Source: an uncultured Anaerolinea sp.
Lineage (GTDB): Bacteria > Chloroflexota > Anaerolineae > Anaerolineales > Villigracilaceae
DNA: 64,000 bases
Assembly (NCBI GenBank): GCA_964517905.1
Contig: CAZFDL010000001.1
Coordinates: forward strand, 294 to 64,293
Reading direction: 5' to 3'
The position numbers were made by a program, and so were the translations under genes. The notes under the pieces are model-generated. The model was not told the origin of the DNA, did no database searches, and saw only the letters and a program-made list of their open reading frames with translations. Shown here in pieces: positions 30,767 to 39,454 of the stretch (position 1 is the stretch's first letter; every line of letters begins with the position of its first letter).

Positions 30767-31548
30767 CATATTCAATCGCAGTTTCAAACGAAAAGGGCGG
30801 TGTGGCCAAGACCACAACTACGCTCTCGCTTGGTGCCGCCCTGGCTGAGCTTAACTCTCGCGTCCTTTTGATCGACCTCGACCCGCAAGCGAACCTGAGC
30901 CTTGCGCTTGGGCTGGAAACCGGCGAGGCGGAAATCACTTCCGCCAATGTAATGATCGAAAATACGCCGATAAAATCGGCCATTCGCAAGACCGATGTGG
31001 CGAATCTCGAACTCATTCCGTCGAACTCTCGCATCGAAAGCGCGGAGCAATACCTCCCCATGCGCAGTAATTATCTCACGACGCTCCGGCAAGCCATTCT
31101 CGCAGGCACATTGAACTACGACTATATCTTCTTCGATTGTCCTCCGGCGCTTGGTGCGATCACGCTCAATGCCCTCTCCGCCTCCGATCTGCTTGTGATT
31201 CCCACCCAAGCGGAATACTTTTCAGCGTATGCGTTGAGGAACATGATGGGCTCAATCCGTCGCGTTCGGCAGGAAAGCAACCCCAATCTTGCATATCGCA
31301 TTCTCGTTACCCTGCTGGATCGCAGGAACCGAACCCACCGCAATATATTCGAGCAGTTGCAGACCACGTTCGGTCAAGGCGTTTTTACCACCGTCATCGA
31401 GATCGATACAAAACTCAGAGAAAGCCCCATCGCCGGAATGCCGATCACTCAGTATCGCCCTACAAGCCGGGGCTCGCAACAGTATCGCGTCCTTGCCCAG
31501 GAGTTAATCGAATATGTCAAAGAAGAAACCAGCCGACAAACGGCTTGA
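30763..31548 (+). CDS. parA: Orphan ParA/Soj family ATPase
   Basis: Deviant Walker A KGGVAKTT, IDLDPQAN, FDCPP; no parB in the window; ATGA overlap. Confidence 0.92.
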   Translation: MTYSIAVSNEKGGVAKTTTTLSLGAALAELNSRVLLIDLDPQANLSLALGLETGEAEITSANVMIENTPIKSAIRKTDVANLELIPSNSRIESAEQYLPMRSNYLTTLRQAILAGTLNYDYIFFDCPPALGAITLNALSASDLLVIPTQAEYFSAYALRNMMGSIRRVRQESNPNLAYRILVTLLDRRNRTHRNIFEQLQTTFGQGVFTTVIEIDTKLRESPIAGMPITQYRPTSRGSQQYRVLAQELIEYVKEETSRQTA

Positions 31549-34500
31549 AAAACTTTTTCAAAACATAACTCCTGAAGAAACAACCTCCGAACCGAGGCCT
31601 GCCGGCCGCCAGCGGGTGGTGGAAAAGGTGGATATCCCACCGTCGGTTCCCCGCGCGTCAAAGAGATCAGTTTCACCTCCGACGCGTCCCCTGGAGTTGA
31701 TTCCGAGTCCCGCTCAACAGAGTCCTGAAATCTCGCTTGCGTTTCAAGTGGGACAAAATAATTGGGCGACGTTGCAAGTGCTGGATGAAAACCACGAGAA
31801 GAAATGGACTCCAGACGATGAGTTGCTCGTCAGACAAGTGGTGGACCAACTCTCGCTCGCACTGGAAAATGCCCGCTTATTCAAGGAAACGGAAACACGA
31901 GCACGAGAAGTCTCCGTTTTGAACGAGGTCGGACAGGCGCTTGCCGCGACACTGAATATCCAACAGATCATTGAGACCACATATAACGGCATCTCGCGGC
32001 TGTTCGATGCCAGGAACTTCTACATTGCGCTCTACGACGAATCAACGAACGAGATCCTTTTCCCTCATAATGTGACCGAATCCGTGGTGGATCGCTCCAT
32101 CACCCGCCTGCCTTTGGACAAGGGCATCACTGCACACATGATTCGTACGCGTGAGAGCGTCCTGATCTCGGATGGGAGCGATACGTGGATGCTCGCGCGC
32201 GGAGAAACTCCGGTCGGCGAGTCGGCACAATCTTTCCTCGGCGCGCCGCTCATCGCAGGCGACAAGGTCCTTGGCGCTATTGCGCTGCAGGATTACGAAA
32301 TTTCGCACAAATATGATGAGCACGACCTAAAACTCCTGACCTCATTCGCCAGTCAGGCTGCGATCGCGATCGAAAATGGGCAGCTATTCGAGAAAGCGAC
32401 GGCAAGTCAGGCAACACTTTCCGAAGCACTGCGTATCGCCAGGATCGGATACTTCGAGATCGACGTGGTTACCCAAGTCATAACGATCACCGATGAGTTG
32501 TTCGCCATCCTCAATACCTCCGTGGAACAGGAAGGAGGGCAGCAATTTCGTGCGCGCGATGCGCTGCGTAAGTTCGTCAGCGCGGATGATTACACGGTCG
32601 CGATCAAGGCTTACGAAAAGGCGATCAAGACCGGTAAACAGCGAAACGAGGTGGCCGTGGAGGCGCGATATCGCACCCGCGACGGCCGAACAATCTGGGT
32701 CAACACCACCTACAAGGCCGAACTCGACGAGAAGGGACGCGTTTACAAAGTCGCAGGATCGTCACAGGACATCACCGAACGAAAAATCAACGAGTTGATC
32801 CAGGCTGCGATCACAGAGATATCAGAGGCAGCATTAACAGCATCGGACTTGTCGGGATTAATCCAGACAGTGCATAAGGCGGTGGGCACTCTCGTACCGG
32901 CGCGCAATTTCTACATCGCGCTGTACGACCCCCAAGCCGACCTAATGACGTTCCCCTATTACGTGGACGAACATGATGCCACTATGCCGCCCCAAAAACT
33001 TGGAGGCGGACTCACCAGTTACGTGATCCGCACTGGAAAAGCGCTGCGGGCGACACCGGAGATTTACGCCGAACTGGCTCAAGCGGGCGAAGTGGTCAGC
33101 GGAGGCACCGCCGGAGCGGATTGGCTGGGCATTCCGTTGCGGAACGAATCAGCGGTCCGCGGCGTACTGGCGGTTCAATCCTACGATAACGCGGTGCGAA
33201 TTACGCAGCACCACCAGGAAATTTTAACCATCCTGGGTACCCAGGTATCGGCTTCCATCGAACGGTTACTGGCGAGAGAAGCGCTCGCCAAGTCGGAAGC
33301 CGATCTGCGCGCCCTCTTTTCCTCAATGCAGGATGTGGTACTAGTGGTTGATAAAGACACACGCTATATCCGCATCGCACCAACCAATCCATCGCGTCTG
33401 TTCCGCCCCCCGGATGAATTGCTCGGCAGGAGGATGGACGAATTATTGCCCCCCGAAACACATGAACAGTTTCGCGCAGCAATCCATCGTGCGCTTCAAT
33501 CGAACGAGGTGGTTCAGATCGAATACCAATTGCCAATCGAAGGACACCTATATTGGTTCCTCGCCAACCTCTCCCGGCTCAACGAGAACGAAGTATTTTG
33601 GGTCGCCCGTGATATTACGGAGCGCAAGAAGTCCGAAGAGGCGCTCCAAAGGCGAAATACTTACCTGGCTATCTCCGCTGAGATCGGGAAGTTGGTCACT
33701 TCTACGCTCGACCTGAACAAGATCTTTTCAGAGACCGTGATTCGTGTGAAAACGGGTTTTGATGTTTATTTCGCCGCTCTCTACAGCATCGAAGAAACTG
33801 GTTTCAACGCCGTTTTACGCGGGGCAACCGGGGAAGCCGGTGATCAAATGATCGCGGCAAAACATTCGGTGACAATCGGATCACAGAACATCGTTGGCTT
33901 GGTGGCCGACACCGGAACCGCCAGGCTGATCGAAGATGTGAGCACGGAACCTTTGTATCAACCCAATCCACTCCTGCCTGAAACTCGCTCCCAGGTGGTG
34001 ATTCCCCTTCGGATCGGTACGCGCATCGTAGCGGTACTTGAGATTCACTCCGACCGAGTGCATGCCTTCACGGAAGACGATATCTCGGTGCTTCAACTGC
34101 TAAGCGACCAGGTCGCAGTGGCGATCGACAATGCCCGATCATATGAATTGTCACAACAACTGATCAAGGACCTGCGCGAAGTGGACAAATTAAAGAGTCA
34201 GTTCCTTGCAAATATGAGCCACGAACTTCGGACACCGTTGAATTCCATTATCGGGTTCTCGCGGGTAATCCTCAAGGGCATCGATGGTCCTATCACAGAT
34301 TTGCAGCAACAGGATCTAACCGCGATCTACAATTCAGGCCAACACCTGCTAGGCTTGATCAACGACGTACTCGATCTTGCCCGCATCGAAGCCGGCAAAA
34401 TGGAATTGAACTTCGAGGAAGTCAACCTGGCCGACATGATACAAAGCGTCCTTTCGACCGCCAAGGGTCTCGTTAAGGAAAAACCGATTCAGCTGGTTGC

Positions 34501-35647
34501 CAACGTTCCAACTGCCACACTGGCCGTGCGCGGCGATGCCATGCGCATTCGCCAGATATTTATCAACCTGCTTTCGAACGCCGCCAAATTTACAGATGAA
34601 GGCACGATCACGGTTGCGGCACAGAACCAGAAGGGACCCGATGGAATGACAGAGGTCATCATACGAGTTACAGACACCGGACCGGGTATTTCGAGTGAGG
34701 ATCAAGAAAAACTATTTAAAGCGTTTTCGCAAGTGGATGGTTCAGCCACGCGCAAAAGCGGCGGTACCGGGTTGGGTCTCTCGATCTGTTCCAATCTCGT
34801 TCAACTCCATGGAGGGCGCATTGGCGTCACCAGTGAAGCGGGCTATGGTTCAACCTTCTGGTTCACCCTGCCTCCCTTTCATCAACCTCTGGATGAAATT
34901 CCGGCTGATCGGAAGATCATCGTTGCCATCGACGATGATCCCAAGGTGATCAGCCTTTATGAAAGATACCTCGCTCCGCAGGGATATTATATTGTTCCAT
35001 TCATCGAAGCCAAAGGCGCGAAGGAACGGATCGCGGCCATCAAGCCGATTGCCATCACGCTGGATGTAATGATGCCGAACGTCGACGGCTGGACGCTTCT
35101 TTCGGACTTGAAATCTGATCCAGCGACCCGTGACATCCCAGTTATCATCTGCTCGATCCTCGAACAGGCCGATAAAGGCTTCAATCTGGGCGCGTCTGAT
35201 TACCTCATCAAACCCATCCTCGAGGAGGATCTTGTTCACGCCTTCAAACGGTTGGATAAAAAAGGCGAGATCCGCAATATCCTGGTGATCGATGACAATG
35301 CGGACGATCGCAGGCTCATACAAAAGATCCTGGAGGAGCATGGAAAGTATGATGTTACCGTAGCAGACGGAGGCCGTCAGGGTTGGGATGCAATAAAGGC
35401 AACTCCTCCTCACGCTGTCATCCTCGATCTGTTTATGCCCGATTGGGATGGTTTTGTCGTTCTCGAAAAGCTTCGTGACGATCCTGCCCTCCGTAATCTG
35501 CCAGTGCTGGTCATCAGCGGAGGCGGTTTAAACCCGGACCAGCAGAAAAAAATGCAGGAGTTTGGAAAGCGCCTGCTCATTAAGGGAACGTTGAAGGAAA
35601 GCGAACTTATCTCAAGCATCGAGCAAGCGTTGATGGCTCTTGGTTGA
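31514..35647 (+). CDS. Hybrid histidine kinase: N-peptide, half-GAF, GAF, PAS, GAF, PAS, GAF, HisKA, HATPase, two REC domains
   Basis: FLANMSHELRTPLNSIIGF, NLLSNAAKFT, DTGPGI, GGTGLGL; PAS ends QDITERK and RDITERK; two intact receivers; no TM segment. Confidence 0.95.
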   Translation: MSKKKPADKRLEKLFQNITPEETTSEPRPAGRQRVVEKVDIPPSVPRASKRSVSPPTRPLELIPSPAQQSPEISLAFQVGQNNWATLQVLDENHEKKWTPDDELLVRQVVDQLSLALENARLFKETETRAREVSVLNEVGQALAATLNIQQIIETTYNGISRLFDARNFYIALYDESTNEILFPHNVTESVVDRSITRLPLDKGITAHMIRTRESVLISDGSDTWMLARGETPVGESAQSFLGAPLIAGDKVLGAIALQDYEISHKYDEHDLKLLTSFASQAAIAIENGQLFEKATASQATLSEALRIARIGYFEIDVVTQVITITDELFAILNTSVEQEGGQQFRARDALRKFVSADDYTVAIKAYEKAIKTGKQRNEVAVEARYRTRDGRTIWVNTTYKAELDEKGRVYKVAGSSQDITERKINELIQAAITEISEAALTASDLSGLIQTVHKAVGTLVPARNFYIALYDPQADLMTFPYYVDEHDATMPPQKLGGGLTSYVIRTGKALRATPEIYAELAQAGEVVSGGTAGADWLGIPLRNESAVRGVLAVQSYDNAVRITQHHQEILTILGTQVSASIERLLAREALAKSEADLRALFSSMQDVVLVVDKDTRYIRIAPTNPSRLFRPPDELLGRRMDELLPPETHEQFRAAIHRALQSNEVVQIEYQLPIEGHLYWFLANLSRLNENEVFWVARDITERKKSEEALQRRNTYLAISAEIGKLVTSTLDLNKIFSETVIRVKTGFDVYFAALYSIEETGFNAVLRGATGEAGDQMIAAKHSVTIGSQNIVGLVADTGTARLIEDVSTEPLYQPNPLLPETRSQVVIPLRIGTRIVAVLEIHSDRVHAFTEDDISVLQLLSDQVAVAIDNARSYELSQQLIKDLREVDKLKSQFLANMSHELRTPLNSIIGFSRVILKGIDGPITDLQQQDLTAIYNSGQHLLGLINDVLDLARIEAGKMELNFEEVNLADMIQSVLSTAKGLVKEKPIQLVANVPTATLAVRGDAMRIRQIFINLLSNAAKFTDEGTITVAAQNQKGPDGMTEVIIRVTDTGPGISSEDQEKLFKAFSQVDGSATRKSGGTGLGLSICSNLVQLHGGRIGVTSEAGYGSTFWFTLPPFHQPLDEIPADRKIIVAIDDDPKVISLYERYLAPQGYYIVPFIEAKGAKERIAAIKPIAITLDVMMPNVDGWTLLSDLKSDPATRDIPVIICSILEQADKGFNLGASDYLIKPILEEDLVHAFKRLDKKGEIRNILVIDDNADDRRLIQKILEEHGKYDVTVADGGRQGWDAIKATPPHAVILDLFMPDWDGFVVLEKLRDDPALRNLPVLVISGGGLNPDQQKKMQEFGKRLLIKGTLKESELISSIEQALMALG

Positions 35648-35691
35648 CGTGACCATGAACAATCCATAATGGAATAGGACACTGACCACAC

Positions 35692-37368
35692 ATGTTATTT
35701 GTCATACGATGTCTTGATTGCGGGCATGCCGCGCCTTTCATGCCGCGCTCGATGCATTGCCCAAACTGCAACAGCCAATGGCGCGAAGCGGAATACGATC
35801 TGAAGGAAGTGGCCAACACATTTCCGTCACAACTTCCGAACCGCAGGTTTGACCTTTGGCGGTATCGTGAACTGCTTCCGATCCATACACTGAACCCGAC
35901 TTTGCAGCTTGGAGAGGGAGGCACGCCCCTCATCAAGGCTGCAAACCTGGGAAACATGCTGGGTCTGCCCAATCTCTATATCAAAGATGAGAGGCAAGGA
36001 CCAACTTCATCCTTCAAAGACCGGCAAGCGGCAGTTACGATCGCGGCGCTTAAAGAAGGCGGCGTAACCGAGATGGTAGCCGCATCGACGGGCAATGTTG
36101 CCATCGCCTTATCGGCGTATGCTGCGCGGGCTGGCATCAAATTGTGGGCGTTTGTCACCAGCCTCGTCCCCGGCGTGAAGATGCGTGAGATCGCACTTTA
36201 TGGAAGTCAGGTGGTGAAGATCACTGGCTCGTACGACCAGGCTAAACAGGTCGCCGCGGAGTTCGCCCGCCAACGCGGTTTGTACCAAGATATGGGTGCC
36301 CGCACAGTGACAGCAGTGGAGGCGATGAAAACGATCGCCTTCGAAATCGCAGAACAATTGACGATGGAGGAAGGAGGCGTACCCATACCGCTGGGAGCGA
36401 GTCCAAAATGGAAAACTCCCGACTGGTATCTTCAAGCTGTTAGCGGTGGGATGGGTCCGCTCGGCGTGTATAAAGGCTTTCGCGAACTGAAACAACTCGG
36501 CCTAATCGATCGTATCCCGGCGCTGGTTCCCATTCAGGCGGAGGGTTGCGCACCGATGGTCGATGGTTGGAGGAAGGGTCTTGAAAAAGCAGAACCAGTC
36601 CTCTCGCCGAACACACGGATCGAAACGCTCGCCACGGGCGACCCCGGCAGAACCTACACAATGCTACGCCAACAGGTGATCGAAACCCATGGAACCTTCG
36701 AAAGCGTCTCTGATGATGAAGCCTTCCGTGCCATGCACGTACTCGCCAAACTCGAGGGTATCTCGGCTGAACCCGCCGCCGCCGTGGCGTTCGCGGGTTT
36801 GTTCAAACTGGTCCGGGCAGGAGTGATCAAATCCACAGACACGGTGGTGGTCAACTGCACCGGGCACACGCTGCCTGCGGAACAATTTTTGTTCGATGAG
36901 AATTGGACGCGCGAGGTGGATTACCCCGGCGCAATGGCTCAATCGGAAACACCTCAAGAAGGTTTGCTGGCCGCGCTCAATAACGTGACCCCGAACCGCT
37001 TCCCGCGCGTCGCCGTTGTGGACGACAGCGCGGAGGCGAGGCGATTAATCCGGCGCATCCTGCAATCACAAGGCGATTTCGAGATCTTTGAGGCAGTGGA
37101 TGGGAGTGAAGCCATCGAGCTTGTGAAGCGCGAACATCCTGATATTGTCATTCTCGACCTGATGATGCCTGAAGTGGACGGCTTTGCCGTCCTTGATGCG
37201 TTGCGGAGTGATCCGGAAACGGCAAATATACCGGTGATCGTTGCCACCGCAAAGGAGTTGACCGTCAACGAAAAAAGCCGGTTGCAGGGGCAGATCCAAT
37301 CGCTGATGCAAAAAGGCGATTTCTTGAACGATGAGTTCCTGGATGAAGTCCGCGCACTGATCCGATAA
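35692..37368 (+). CDS. Threonine-synthase-like PLP enzyme with N-terminal Zn ribbon and C-terminal receiver domain
   Basis: CLDC..CPNC; LGEGGTPL; PTSSFKDR (PLP lysine); ASTGN; C-terminal VVDD..ILDLMMP..TA..QKG. Confidence 0.9.
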   Translation: MLFVIRCLDCGHAAPFMPRSMHCPNCNSQWREAEYDLKEVANTFPSQLPNRRFDLWRYRELLPIHTLNPTLQLGEGGTPLIKAANLGNMLGLPNLYIKDERQGPTSSFKDRQAAVTIAALKEGGVTEMVAASTGNVAIALSAYAARAGIKLWAFVTSLVPGVKMREIALYGSQVVKITGSYDQAKQVAAEFARQRGLYQDMGARTVTAVEAMKTIAFEIAEQLTMEEGGVPIPLGASPKWKTPDWYLQAVSGGMGPLGVYKGFRELKQLGLIDRIPALVPIQAEGCAPMVDGWRKGLEKAEPVLSPNTRIETLATGDPGRTYTMLRQQVIETHGTFESVSDDEAFRAMHVLAKLEGISAEPAAAVAFAGLFKLVRAGVIKSTDTVVVNCTGHTLPAEQFLFDENWTREVDYPGAMAQSETPQEGLLAALNNVTPNRFPRVAVVDDSAEARRLIRRILQSQGDFEIFEAVDGSEAIELVKREHPDIVILDLMMPEVDGFAVLDALRSDPETANIPVIVATAKELTVNEKSRLQGQIQSLMQKGDFLNDEFLDEVRALIR

Positions 37369-38384
37369 TGACGGAACTAAACGAAACACCGGACAGTGTC
37401 AACGAGGTTACCTACCCTTCGTTGATGTTGAAATCCCGATTAATGCATAAAATGAAAATCCGGGGAATTAATGCTGCGCTCCTCTCCGCAGTGTTTCTCG
37501 GTATGGCGCCGGTCCTAGGCAAGGTGGCCATGGGGGCAGACAAATTCACGCCCTTGGCGGTCGTAGCATTGCGCACCAGCATAGCAGCACTGCTTCTTGT
37601 ACTCATTCTTGCGATCATTAATCGCCGCGCTTTATATATCTACCCGGCAGCCTTGTACATCACCGCTCTCGCCGGCGCGATCAACGGCGTTGGCTCCATC
37701 TTTTTCTACATTGGCTTGAGTCGATTGAACGCGAGCGTTGCGCAATTGTTATATTCGCTATATCCATTCTTTGTGGCATTTTGGCTCCAACTGGACCGGC
37801 AACCCCCCACTCGTCTTACGATATTCAGAATCGGAATTGCGATCGTCGCCGTGTTTTTCCTAACACAGGGCACAACCGGGACCGTTGATCCTGTCGGCGT
37901 GACTTTGATGCTGGTCGCGGCGGCCTTGTATGCGCTTCACCTTCCGATCAATCAACGCGCCTTGTACGATGTTCCCGCGCCAACCGTTACTGTTTATACA
38001 TTGCTAGCAATGAGCGCGGTCGTGGTACCCGCCTACCTGATCTTCGACGGCAGCCCGCCCGGGGAGTACGCGCCGTGGACGCCCTTGCTGATGCTCACTG
38101 CAGTTACTTTCTTCTCGCGCCTGACTCTCTTCCTCGGCGTCAAACACATCGGCGGGATGCAGACGGCTCTACTCGGATTGGCGGAACTGATCGTCGCCAT
38201 CGCGTTCAGTCACTTCCTTTTGGGCGAAAAGTTCACTGGGCTTCAATGGGTGGGCATGGCGGTCTTGGGCTTCAGTCTTCTCTTGGTTTGGTTCGAAAAG
38301 CCTCCTTCGCATCCACCACCCACTCACGGTCTACTCGGTTGGCTTCAACCGCCAGACTTCCCTAAAGATTTTTACAAGCACTAA
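37368..38384 (+). CDS. DMT/EamA family transporter
   Basis: About ten TMs in two repeats, LLGE motif; TAATG coupling (start may lie at a later Met). Confidence 0.85.
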   Translation: MTELNETPDSVNEVTYPSLMLKSRLMHKMKIRGINAALLSAVFLGMAPVLGKVAMGADKFTPLAVVALRTSIAALLLVLILAIINRRALYIYPAALYITALAGAINGVGSIFFYIGLSRLNASVAQLLYSLYPFFVAFWLQLDRQPPTRLTIFRIGIAIVAVFFLTQGTTGTVDPVGVTLMLVAAALYALHLPINQRALYDVPAPTVTVYTLLAMSAVVVPAYLIFDGSPPGEYAPWTPLLMLTAVTFFSRLTLFLGVKHIGGMQTALLGLAELIVAIAFSHFLLGEKFTGLQWVGMAVLGFSLLLVWFEKPPSHPPPTHGLLGWLQPPDFPKDFYKH

Positions 38385-38418
38385 GAAACCCTTTCGAAAA
38401 TCCGTTATACTCTCCAGC

Positions 38419-39267
38419 ATGGATTCAGACTCGCACCCCCCCATAGGCATCTTTGATTCGGGCGTGGGAGGGTTATCGGTATTGCGCGCGATTCGCACAT
38501 TGATACCCAGTGAATCGATACTCTACGTTGGCGATCAAGGGCATATCCCCTACGGTCCGCGGCCGATGGAACAGATTCGTCGTTTCTCAGAGTCGATCAC
38601 GAATTTCCTGCTTGCAGGAGGCGCGAAGATCATCGTAGTTGCATGCAATACTGCATCCGCGGCGGCATTGAAGTTTCTGCGGGAAAGGTTTGAGGGGGTT
38701 CAATTCGTGGGCATGGAACCGGCGGTCAAACCAGCTGCAGAACAGACTCGCACGGGGAAGGTAGGCGTCCTTGCCACACCGGCGACTTTCCAAGGCGAGT
38801 TGTACGCATCCGTTGTGGAGCGGTTTGCAAATGGCGTGGAGTTGTTTCAGAACACGTGCAATGGCTTGGTCAGGCAGATCGAACAGGGTGATTTGACCGG
38901 GGATGAAACCCAAACAATCTTAGAGCAAGCATTACTGCCCATGTTGGACAAAAACATAGACACAGTCGTGTTGGGATGCACCCATTATCCCTTTGTTATT
39001 CCTTTGATTCAGACGATCGTGGGGGCAAACGTCAGGGTGATAGACCCAGCACCCGCTGTAGCCCGACAAGTTCAACGACTACTGGTAGCTGGCGGGATAA
39101 AAAATCCATCCCCAATACCCGGAAAAATCAACCTGTATACGTCGGGCGATCCTGCCGCGTTCCAACAACTCCTACCCTTGCTGTTGGGGGAAGACGGCAC
39201 AGTTGACCACGTCGAGTGGATGGATGATGGGGAGATACGGCTGTTTACAACGCCCACGCGAGCATGA
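38419..39267 (+). CDS. murI: Glutamate racemase
   Basis: FDSGVGGLSV, PYG, ACNTAS, LGCTHYP. Confidence 0.96.
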   Translation: MDSDSHPPIGIFDSGVGGLSVLRAIRTLIPSESILYVGDQGHIPYGPRPMEQIRRFSESITNFLLAGGAKIIVVACNTASAAALKFLRERFEGVQFVGMEPAVKPAAEQTRTGKVGVLATPATFQGELYASVVERFANGVELFQNTCNGLVRQIEQGDLTGDETQTILEQALLPMLDKNIDTVVLGCTHYPFVIPLIQTIVGANVRVIDPAPAVARQVQRLLVAGGIKNPSPIPGKINLYTSGDPAAFQQLLPLLLGEDGTVDHVEWMDDGEIRLFTTPTRA

Positions 39268-39454
39268 AACCGAAGATGGCGATGATCACGCCAAGATGCA
39301 GGAACAGATTGCTCCCCGTGATCACATTCAAGCCAAAGATGAAGGGCAGTATAAAGTTGATCACCACCAATAACATACCGACAATCGGCAACAAGCCCTT
39401 ACGATGGGCAAAATAATTCGATGCGTTGTCGATCAAATGCGACAGCCATTTCAT
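39245..39454 (-). CDS. Small two-TM membrane protein
   Basis: ATGA overlap with hflX; two hydrophobic helices. Confidence 0.65.
   Translation of the reverse strand: MKWLSHLIDNASNYFAHRKGLLPIVGMLLVVINFILPFIFGLNVITGSNLFLHLGVIIAIFGFMLAWAL

Noticed and set aside
9896..38384. Signalling operon as a genomic island integrated at tRNA-Gly
   Set aside because: No integrase or transposase, no duplicated tRNA 3' end seen, and no evident compositional shift
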